From Thelocarpon superellum (taxonomy: Eukaryota), in NCBI GenBank assembly GCA_026025795.1, contig JAPEUG010000024.1:62001-88176 (forward strand): a stretch of DNA of 26,176 bases. Reading direction: 5' to 3'. Positions 10,817-20,906 of the stretch are shown one piece after another (the first letter of the stretch is position 1; each line of letters opens with the position of its first letter). A model generated the notes under the pieces. That model had not been told where the DNA came from and did no database searches. It saw only the letters and a program-made list of their open reading frames with translations. Made by a program: the position numbers and the translations under genes.

Positions 10817-12405
10817 ATGAAGCTCTCCCTGACGCTCTGTTTCGCCCTCGTGGCTCCGCTGACCATGGTGGCGGCCCATGAGCTCCCCAGCCATGCTCTT
10901 GCTCTCGTCGCTCGCAATATCCTGCCACGCACCGGAGAAGACGTGACTAGCCCTGTCATCCCTGACTGTTCCGTGAGTTTTTCTCCTGCCTTCCCGCCCT
11001 CGCGGTGGGCGAATGCGACACTGACGGAGCTTCCAGTCGGACTGTTATAATCAGACCATCTCTACGGATGGATGCGCACTGAGCGACCTCGCGTGCCATT
11101 GCACTGAAACCGATGCCTTCCAAGCCTCCTACGAGGGCTGTGTTGTCCAGGCCTGTACCTTGTCCGACCAAGAAGGTATGCTCTGATCAATGCCATCAAA
11201 GTATCGCCGGGTGATCTCACGAGCTCACATGCTGGCAGCCTACCTAAAAGGTCTCTTGGAAGCCTGCTCCACCGCTGGTGTGGCCGTTATGCCGGTCACC
11301 TCGACGATTGACCCGAACGCGAAGCCCACGTCGACGAGCGCGGCCGCCACGTCATATCCCAAGATTCCTCCTTGTGCTTTCCAGTGTTTCAATGAGACCA
11401 TCACCACGGACGGCTGCAGCATATCTGACGTCGGTTGCCATTGTGGAAAGACGACGGCCTTTCGTGATAACTTCAACACCTGCGTGGCCAAAGATTGTGG
11501 CCCGCAGTGTCAGTCCGGTACGCGAAGAATCCGTCTCGTCGCTCCCACGGGGGTGTAGCATCTACTGACCTTTGTCTTCTAGCGTACGAGACGGTCCTAA
11601 CCACGCAATGTCAAGACCTTGGTTACTACGTCCCGGCCTGGCCGGCCACCCCCCAGGTCATGGGCTACCTCAGCCCAGGGTCTCCTTCATGTCCGGCGGA
11701 CCAATATCCTGCCGTACCTGGATGCTCAGTGAGCTGCAAGGCCACCCTCATACCGTGTTGATGGCTCATATGGTGTTTAGCAATCCTGCTACAACCAAAC
11801 CATCGTGACGGATGGATGCTGTGAGGGCGACTCGGCTTGTCACTGTTCCAAGACGGAGATCTTCCAGGATGATTTCAATAACTGCGTCGTCAAGGACTGC
11901 CCAGCACGCAAGGATCAAAAAGGTGAGCGAATTAGGCACTCTATATCGCATGCTTGTCTGATGAAGCGGTGCAGCATACATCAAGGCCCTGAAGGACTCC
12001 TGCGCATCCGTCTGCGTGACGGTGCCTTCGGCCTCGACTCTTACTCTTCCCCCTCAACCGACGACCACGCGACGAATTCGGCTTGCTAAGATGCGACGAG
12101 ATGATCCAGTCGTACGTCTCTGCGTCCCCATCTCGGAATGGGCGGTGATCATCTAATAAATCTGCCGCCCAGGTCAGCCTTGGTGCCGCGCTAGCTGACG
12201 TGGCTCCGGTCTCCACGGTGGCTCCCGGAGCGCTTGGCCCTCTCAGAGTCCGATCGGAGACTCCCGTCGTACGTCGCTTGGTCCCTTTGCTCGTACATGA
12301 GCCACGGTACCAAAGCTAATTCCCGTGCAGGTGGATGCTACTCCCGCAGTGGGCGATGTGGCGACTATTATCAGCGTGGCCCTCGGAGCTGTTGACACTA
12401 CGTAG
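10817..12405 (+). CDS. Secreted protein with three tandem CFEM domains and a duplicated C-terminal peptide module, about 389 aa
   Basis: Exons 10817-10972, 11037-11175, 11239-11517, 11583-11728, 11781-11922, 11975-12111, 12173-12268 and 12331-12405. Signal peptide MKLSLTLCFALVAPLTMVAA. Three 8-Cys units: IPDCSSDC..GCALSDLACHC..GCVVQAC..EAC; IPPCAFQC..GCSISDVGCHC..TCVAKDC..TQC; VPGCSQSC..GCCEGDSACHC..NCVVKDC..DSC. The last two exons are less certain. Confidence 0.8.
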
Positions 12406-13469
12406 GGACAAGGATTGGGTCGAGATGCACAGCGTCATTCCTAGTGCCGCCTTCGTCACCTACTACCACCTACCACGGTGACGGGCCGCACTACCACCAC
12501 GTTTCCTGTTGCCAAATGCGCGTCTTTACATGGGGGAAGGCTTGCTCTTGTCGAGGGATTGCTTTATGTCTCCTGAGTTGAGGGAAGCCGAGCGTCGGAT
12601 CGTTGGCAATGGCATAGATCAAGGGCAGTGTCGAGCATGAGAAGGCTGCTCCACAGTCGTGTCTGTCGACCCCACGAATTGTGTTTCATGTCCTCGTCTC
12701 ATTTCCTTCATCTGGTCGGAGACAGCAAGCTACTACTCTTCTCAGCATAGAGCTTTAGCTTTCTTATTACGAGTCCTAATAGAATAGTAATCAATAGACT
12801 GTTTCCTTGCGGCGATGTGCATGGCGGCGGTCATGGGTTATTCGCAGCTCTTGCCGGTGCGTGTCCGGGGAGATTCTGGGCATGATGGAGGCTATGGAGA
12901 GGGCTACGAGGTCGTTAGTATCTCTCTCTCATGGCCGATGACAGGCATTCGATGTCGTGATGGGTAAGGGGACGATCAGAGATCTGACCACGGAATGGGT
13001 AGGGGGCCCGAGACCTGCGTTATCAGGTCCGTGAGCCTGCGCAGGAAGGGTGCGGTTGTTCAGGGGCGCACAAGGTCCGACGGATGAGCGGCTTTTCCGA
13101 AGCTCGGGTAACTTGGTGCCTCTCCGGCAAACACAATCGATGCCCGACTGCCAACGTCACAAGGTTCGCCCTCGCCCAACGCCCGACGGGGCGGGGCACA
13201 GGGCGGGGGAAGGGCGTCGGCCGCCACCATAAGACAGTCTCGCACTCCCACCGCGCACTTCGAGGCAGCTGCCAGCCACGGTCGGCGATGGTGAGCACCA
13301 ACGGGCCCCTCTAGCTTCCCAAGAGTAGCAGGCATCAAAGATTGATGCCCACAGGCCTGAAGCTCCCTGCAGACGGCTGCGTTTGGCCGGAGCTCCTTGC
13401 TTCTTAGCCTGATCCATCCACCCCGCCGCCTCCGATCACGCCATCGGAGGCCGCAGCCGACCAGCCAGC

Positions 13470-14881
13470 ATGGTCAATGTAAGGACTCTCCCGCAGCCCC
13501 ACATCGCGTGCGCACGCGTGCGACACGAAAAGACTAATATGCTGGCTCATGTCTAGAAAGAGCCTTTGCCGGTGAAGGAGAAACCGTTGAATCGGGAGCC
13601 CCCGTTGGCGGAATTGGTCTCGAGGTATGCGACCTGTCAGCGGGACCCGTTCCCGTGGGATGGTCTGGTGCGGTCCTGAGCTTATCTGGCCGGCCCAGCT
13701 TCTACACCGAGAGCTGTGGGTACGACCGTAATCATGGGTATGCACCACGCACCGTGTGGGAGAGCGCCGTCTGCCGGGGACCAGCAGCTGAGGACGCTTC
13801 AGGCCAATCCCTCGCATCGATCCCGAGCGACATCGCGTGGTGGTGGACGGCGACGTGCACAGGAAGCTGAGCCTCTCCGTCGCGCAATTACAACATGACT
13901 TCCCTCAGCACGAGGTGTCGTGTGCGCTCCAATGCGCCGGCAATCGGCGACACACGATGCGGACACTCCTGAAGGAGGTGGACGGCCTGGACTGGGGCGA
14001 TGGCGCGGTCATGAATTGCACGTGGGGAGGGCCGAGACTGCGCGACGTCTTGCTTCAGGCTGGCATCGCGCTGTCAGAGCCGAGCAAGGCGCACGTCGCC
14101 TTTGCATGCTACCAAACGTACTGTCAAGACGATGATTACTACGGCGTCAGCATCGAGCTCCCGCGGGCCTTGCGAGTCGAGGCGGAGGTCGTCCTCGCTC
14201 TCCAGGTCCGGCCACCTCCCTTGCGCCTGCCACTCACGCGGTATCGCCGTCGACGTAGACGGTTCATCCACTGACCCTCAGAACCAGATGAACGGCAAGA
14301 CCATCACCCCAAACCACGGGTACCCCGTACGAGTGATCGCGCCAGGCGTCGCCGGCGCGCGATCCGTGAAATGGCTCGACCGGATCACGGTGCAGCGGAG
14401 CGAGTCGAGCAACTTCTACCAGCAACGCGACTACAAGATCCTGCCTGCCGAAGCCACGGACCGACAGAAGGCCAAACAGTACTGGCACACGGTGCCATCG
14501 GTGCAAGACATGCCGATCAACTCCGCCGTGGCGGTGCCGGCGTGCGGAGAAACAGTCACGCTCTCTCCAGAGGGCACGACGATCGTGCGGGGGTACGCCT
14601 TACCAGGCGGCGCGGACGGGCCGATCCAGCGCGTCGAGGTCTCGGTGGACGACGGGCGGACATGGCGCGACGCGGAAATCGTGGACGGCAAGGACGGGCG
14701 CGGGAAATGGTGCTGGGCGCTGTGGCGGGCGGAGGTGACACTGCCGCGTGCTGAGCCCGGCCGCATCTTGAGCCGGGCCACGGATCGCGCGGGCAATACC
14801 CAGGCGGCGGGTCCCCAGTGGAACCTCCGAGGCGTGTGCTATAATGGGTACGGAGAGGCTCGGGACCTGGTGGTTGTTTGA
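13470..14881 (+). CDS. Sulfite oxidase-family molybdoenzyme (Moco plus dimerisation domains, no cytochrome b5 domain), about 370 aa
   Basis: Exons 13470-13478 (9-nt start micro-exon, least certain), 13557-13624, 13699-13737, 13803-14205 and 14288-14881. Motifs: KPLNREPP, YDRNHGPIP, LQCAGNRR (Mo-ligating Cys), MNG..HGYPVRVIAPGVAGARSVKWL, VEVSVDDGRTW, WNLRGVCYN. Confidence 0.9.
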
Positions 14882-15298
14882 CGATGGGACGAATCACGAG
14901 AGATGGGAGGACGTGGCATTGGTAGAGAACAGATGGATCAGGATGAGATGGGAGCTTTTCTGACCACGGCATTCTGGCCTACAGCTTTTGACCGTAACGC
15001 TTACACCAATTCCCTCCCGCTCCTTTGGACGATGCCTCCCTCTTTCCGCCTTTGATTTTCCATACTTGACATTTTCGCCGCCGCCGGTTTTCAAAGCACG
15101 CTCATTCTCGTCCTCATTGTAACTTGCACACACCCTCACACGCACTCGGACTCACGTTTCGACATGAATCGATGATCGGGAAGGTTGAGCTTCCAATCCA
15201 GCGCTGGGGACCGTGCACCATCCTCAACGGCACTCCACCCTCAACCGATAGCCACCACATGACGGGGCTCCGAAGGCAGGCAATGCGACATCAAAAGA

Positions 15299-17179
15299 TC
15301 AAGTCCTCGTAAACGCAGCGGTGTAAAAGCGCTGCAGCTGTTGCTGGAGCTGGTCCTGGCGGTTGGAAACGTCCGCATTGTCCACGACACCGCTGCCGGC
15401 GCCGCTGGCGCCGCCGTTGGCACTAACGCTGGCGCTGGCGCTGACGGTGGCATTGGTGAACCACACAGTGCTGTCGGAATAAGGCGCCGCGGTCCAGAGG
15501 TACGCGCCTGATGCGTTTCCGGCATACTTGACTCGCTGAAGGGACTGCCGTACGAGGTTGTTCGGCGTCGGGTCGAGGCAGAATGGTAAGAGCACGTCGG
15601 TGGCTTTGACGCGCGAGCGCTCCGTCAGCGCCACGTTGGCCCAGGGGCGGAGCACGGAGAGTGGGTCCTGCATGTGTTAGTTCCGTCTGGTCTGGTCTGG
15701 TCTGGTCCCGCAAGTTGTCCGTGCTGGCCTTACCCATTTGGCGCCGTTGGTCAGGCGTCCATTTCTCAACGGGTGTCCGTGGGCTACCATGGTGGTTGCC
15801 AGGTCGACCACGCTGCTCTTCCATGCTTTCACAATGGCCTCGATGCCGTCACCTCGCATCTCGGCGGCCGCAAGCCTCGTCACGGTCTCGTTCAGCGTGA
15901 TAAATTTGGAAAGAAAACTTTTCCCGTTGGTTGGGTTCGAGGTCTCGGGATATTTGGCTAAGAGGTCCATCACTTGCGCTTCCTCGTGTCGAGTGATTGG
16001 TCTGTTCCATCGCCAGATGTAATCGAGTAGCTTATGCGATAGTTCGGGGATCGTGCCGAGTTGCTCGAACACCGGCCGCTGCGCTTCTCTCGTGAATAGC
16101 GGCCGTTCGATGAATGGGGCGTTGTTTGATATCAGGCTTTCTCGGTCCACCAGAATAAATTCTTGAGGCCATGTGACAAAGTCTTGTTCCAGTTCCACCA
16201 CCTGGTCGTGGGCATCAGGCGTCGCTGTGCTGTTCATGATATCCCCCGCTGTTATCCGTCAGCCCTGACATCTCGCTCGACCGCGTCTCTACAACTCACC
16301 GAAAAACTGCCCCATCTGGCCGAATTTCGTCTTTCCTTGATACATGATCACCTTCGATCTGCGAAAGGCCTCCATAATTGCTCGTGGCGTTGCAGCGGTC
16401 GTAGCGTCAGCCGGGGGAAGAGGGGCGGAACGGATGCGTTGCTGTTGTTCGAACACCTCGTATCCCTCCGTCGGAGTGAAGGTGGCGCTCCTCATCTCCC
16501 GTTTGGATTCGGTCCAGGCAACGGCAAATTCAAAGAGGGGACGCAGGGCCACGATGATGGGGGCACGGAGCTTCATCAGGCGGAGCATCTCCAGCTGGTA
16601 GGTATGAGACATGCTTTCCAGCTGGCTCTGGGCTAGTTGGGCTCCTCGAGCCCAGGGGACATCCGAGCCAGCGGCGTCGAAGGCCATGGGAGGGCCCCAG
16701 TATCGCGGCTGCCGGTAGTCTCGCGCCACGGGACCCGCTTCCATCTGCGTGTAGACGTTGAATTTGGACGAGTCGGGCACGATCCCCGCTTGCTGCAGTT
16801 GAAGGAGGAAGTTTCGGAGAAGGAGCCACGACGTCTGGGTGTTGTATCCGCCACCAGTGAGCACGGCTTTGATGGGGTAGTCCTTGTCCTCGCAGCGGAG
16901 CGTCTTGGACGCATCGTTGGCTTGTTTGAAGAGGCCGGCGATGGCGAACAGATCCTGGGGCTCGCCGTCGGTGGCGATGACAATCTCCGTCTGGCACGTC
17001 CAGTTCCAGTCCTGCGTCAGGCTGACCTTACACTGCTGAATGTCTTGTGCCGGTGCCACATCGGCGTCCACGGCCGGCTCCACATGGTTCGTGATCGGGC
17101 CGATGAAGACCCAATGTAAGAGGCTGATGGCACCCAGAGTCCATCCCGTGGTCGAGGACTGCTTCGAGCCGCAGACCAT
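15299..17179 (-). CDS. Uncharacterised protein, about 587 aa, possibly secreted, with a degenerate nucleoside-hydrolase-like motif pattern
   Basis: Exons 17179-16300, 16248-15734 and 15667-15299. They join in frame across canonical introns 16299-16249 (GTGAGT..CTGAC..CAG) and 15733-15668 (GTAAGG..CTAAC..CAG). The gene structure is well supported; the function is inference only and the start codon is uncertain. Confidence 0.7.
15686..15707. repeat. (TCTGG)x4 microsatellite inside intron 2 of the orphan gene
   Basis: Read directly from the sequence; it lies just upstream of the branch site on the minus strand. Confidence 0.85.
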
Positions 17180-18368
17180 GCTTCCGGGTGTCGTGAAGAC
17201 GGCCTTCTCTGCCTGTTTCTGATCCCGGCCGTGGTCCGTCGGAGGTGCGTGTCAAGCTCGAGCCGGGCGTGAAGGTGGGAGATGACGGTGCCATGCTGAT
17301 GGGCCTTTGGCTGCTTTTCATCCTTCGTCCTTGCGCGTAATAGATTTCATGAGCTGGTAGAAGAAGGCTAAGCAGCTTGAAGCGCCGGTGCGTGAATTTC
17401 CTCACGACGGACGACGGGCCAACAGGACGGCGGGGCGACGGCGTTGATGAAGCTGGCTGGGAGGGAGCATGTACACGTCTCAAGGACTCCTTTCATCCAT
17501 ACATTGGTCCTCCGAGACTAGACGATTACAGTGAGCCAGCCACCTCATCTCTCCCGACCTCCGCCGCCTCGTGGACCTCGACTCGCCCTGGAGGAGACGC
17601 GAGAGACGCAGTGATCGCGTGCTCGACTGTCTCGTCCTGGACGCCGATGTCGCTGGTGGTCCATGCTGCAATGCAACAAGCCCGATTCGCCTGCCGGTGA
17701 AAGCGGGCGGGACCTCTGGACCCTTAATTGCCCCGCGTCGTTACCTAACAGGTACCATTTGGTGTCGAGAGGTCGATGGGCAAGTCAAGACCCGAAGCGC
17801 GCCCACGTGGGGTGGTCATGTGATTTCGGTGAAGTCGTGAGTGAGCGCACTAACTTCGTAAATTCTCCGCCGAGGGCAAAAACTGTCAACGGCGTCCGTA
17901 CTGGACCTGCCCTTGCATCCAATGAGAAGGGAACCGAATCCCTCCACGCTATAATCACGCATTGTCCATGCGGAGGAGAGCGATCCGACGACTCGAGGAC
18001 CCCGGTGCAGCTCGCCCGTCCTTGTCGAATCGTCATAGTCGCGTTGGCAAGGGCCTCGACACGACCGGCCAGGCTGACTTGCCATTGGTCCTCGCCGCTA
18101 GCCCGTCCCCCGCCCAGGCAGAGTACTTGTACTCGATTGGTTCGGTCCTAGTCCACCCAGGAAACAGGGAACGTCAGATCGATCTGCCTGACGATCAGCA
18201 CTTCGGCAATCGTCATATCTCTTGTCGCTCGGGAGACTTGGCAATTAGGTGGATGGTACCGGACTTCCGCGACTCCATTTTGCCTGGTCTCTATGGAGAC
18301 CCCATTGAGAATGGACGTGCTGGACGTTGGCTAAAGGATTGTTCGTTCTCCGTCTCATATGTTGGAAT

Positions 18369-20827
18369 ATGAAAGTGAAGGAATATCGCAAGGCACTTGC
18401 GGACATCAAGCATCTTAGCCCCTTCAAACATGACCGTCGAAGACACTCCTTCGAAGCCAAACAACGCCATCTTCGTCAAGCCCGACCCTCATCACCGCCA
18501 GCGACGGATCCTGCTCGTGCGATCGACGGCGAATATGGAGCACAGGTGGAGGATGACCAGGCGCTGCCGAACGGACATGGCGCCACGGTCAATGACTCGT
18601 CCGTGTCGGATCGCTTCCGAGATCTGGGACGGCGGACGGCGGTGAAATCCAAGAAGCTGGTGAGGCTTGACGACGAAACGAGTGACGGAGTGCATGCGCA
18701 TCGCGAGGGTGACCTCGCGATGGAGAGCATTTCCTCCGATCTTGCTTTCAACCCCGACTTGCTAGCACTCCAAGACCGCGACGAGGTCGGCCTGATCGGG
18801 ACCACGACCCTAAGCCCATTGAAGTCCCTAGTAACGACCGTCGTACATCCCAAAGAGACCATCAAGTCCAAGATCACCAAGACCGCGGGCCGACTGACCA
18901 AGATCGAACACCCCTACCTCTCACAGCAAGCGGACACGGAGCTCTTGGAGGCCCACGAGGAGCTTCACCGTGCCCAATCCGCCACCGACGGCTCGGTGGA
19001 AGAGCGCGAGGGCGCCCAATCCGAGTCGCAGCTGGCCGTCACCCGTTTGGAGACGCGGCGGGAGAGCCTCAAGGTGGCCTGGACCACCCGCCGTTACGTC
19101 CAGCGCGTCCGCGTTGTCCCCAAGAGGCATATTCCCTTTCCATCCAGGGAAAAGTTCGTCGATCGTGGCCCGGATGGGAGCATCCTCCGCTTTCAGTGGG
19201 AAAGATGGTTGGGTCATGTACGTGCTCGTCGCTCGTCGCTCGTCGCTCGTCGCTCATGCGCAGCCGTCCAATTGCTAACGGATCCGGCGCAGATGCTCCT
19301 CTTCCTTGCCCAGGATTTCAGCGAACAATACATTGATGATTTTGATGAACTACCGTTCAATGCCGACACCCTCCGTCACCACGTCGAACGAGTCGTCATG
19401 GCGAGCGCCCCGTGGCAAACGTGGCTGATGCAAGTCCGTCATATCTACCGATGGGAGGACCCACCATTGTCCGCGGGCTGGTGTGCCCTCTACGTTGCGC
19501 TCTGGTACACGGAGCACCTCGTGGCCTTTGTCGTAAGCAAGAGCTCCCGCCGAGCTCAAGGCACGTCTGACTTGGCGTTGGTGCTCGTAGTATGCGTGGA
19601 TCATCTACATTGTCGTGCACAATCACTTCTTCCCGACGACGGTCAAGTCCCTGCAGGAATCGCTCGACCGTTCCCGGGACCGAGGGCGGACGGCGGCGAA
19701 GGTTGGAGAGCTGGTCGACAAGCACGGCTCAGATGATTGGATCGGGCCTTTGATCGATCATCTCGGTCCCTGGCTCCAGCTGCAGCTCGGCGACGTAGCC
19801 AACATTCTCGAGGTCCTCTCCAAGTTCGTCCCCCGCGTGTCCCGCATCGGTCGCACACGCTCATGACCCTTGACGTAGCTTCTATCATTGGAAATCACCC
19901 AAAAAGACCATCGCCTCACTCATCTTCATTGCCTCGTGTCTCACGGTGTGTCTAGTGGCGGACATGGGCTTCTGCGTCAAGATCCTGACCTTCATCTGTG
20001 GAGGAGCGTTCTTTGTGTGCTGGCCCGTCGCCAGCTACTATCCCAAGTATCGATATCTACTCTCACCCGTCAAGTGGGTGCTGTGGGATATTCCAACGGA
20101 CGGTAAGGCTTCATCGTCGGATGAAATCTCATGCTGACGGTGGTGCCAGCTGAATGGTCCTTTCAATACCTTCGCCAACAGGCCCAGGTCAAGCGGGAGC
20201 AGCTCATCGCGCAAACGGTGGAAGATGAAGTAGCCTCGGAGCGAGGAGACCGCGTGGCCAAGTCTGATGACCGATCGCGGGCTGCGCCATCCGTCAACAT
20301 CGACGGTGCCGGCGACCACGCTCTCGGCGCTGCCCCACCGAATGGAGACACCGATAGCGATGACGAATGGTGCGCTGCCAGCTCCGGCGGAACTGTGCTC
20401 GATCAAGCCGACCTTCACGCGATCCGGTGTCGATGGAATGGCCAGGGAGGCGAACTCATCGTCTACTCCGAGGGTATCCGTTTTGTGCCCCGCCGTTCAC
20501 AGACGGAGCGATGGCGCCGGACGTTTCAAGAGATGACAGAGATGAGAAAGGTAAGACACCCGCGTCAGCCATGATGACTTTCTTGATTGGTTGACCCGGC
20601 TTTAGGTCCGTGGCTCCACCTCGTCAAAGGTCCGTGGATTTCCCTCGAAGTTGGAGTTGGGCTTCACCGACGGAGAGGTGGTTCTCTTGGGCATGAAAGA
20701 TCGCGACGAAGCTTTCAACACCATCATCGGCTTCTCCAGTCTCCAATGGCAGGCGTTGCAGACGACGGGAGAAGACCGTCTGTCGGAAGTGGGGAGTACG
20801 GCGGGTCAGATCAATTCCGATAGATAG
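18369..20827 (+). CDS. Conserved fungal membrane protein, GRAMD4-like (hydrophobic segments plus C-terminal GRAM/PH-like region), about 722 aa
   Basis: Exons 18369-19217, 19293-19532, 19591-19823, 19879-20102, 20150-20550 and 20606-20827. Blocks: ESLKVAWTT..VQRVRVVP, QYIDDFDELPF, IYRWEDP, GPWLQLQLGDVANILEVLSNFYHW, YPKYRYLLSPVKWVLWDIPTDAEWSF, RDEAFNTIIGFSSLQWQ. Family name is from memory. Confidence 0.75.
19224..19255. repeat. (GCTCGTC)x4.5 repeat inside intron 1 of the GRAMD4-like gene
   Basis: Read directly from the sequence. Confidence 0.9.
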
Positions 20828-20906
20828 CGCTCACAATATCGCCTACGTCTCCGAAGAGACTTATTGATCTGGGGCGGAGTACTCCCAGTCTGCAGAGCAC
20901 TCGTCG

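Noticed and set aside
12073..12405. Dikaritin/ustiloxin-type RiPP cluster
   Set aside because: No DUF3328/UstYa oxidase (HxxHC motifs), tyrosinase or transporter was found in the window, and the repeat peptides lack aromatic residues.
12402..12576. Extra CFEM exon giving a Thr-rich, GPI-like tail (..PTTVTGRTTTTFPVAKCASLHGGRLALVEGLLYVS*)
   Set aside because: It would need a roughly 31-43-nt intron from GTAGGG with no branch site, and the nearby acceptors do not join into that frame; the tail also contains charged residues. RNA-seq would settle it.
13505..13522. Palindromic alternating purine-pyrimidine run CGCGTGCGCACGCGTGCG in SO intron 1
   Set aside because: It is short and plausible by chance at this GC content, with no supporting context.
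10817..14881. CFEM heme protein serving as the missing heme domain of the adjacent sulfite oxidase
   Set aside because: The CFEM protein has a signal peptide while the Moco enzyme has none, so they would be in different compartments; adjacency alone is not evidence.
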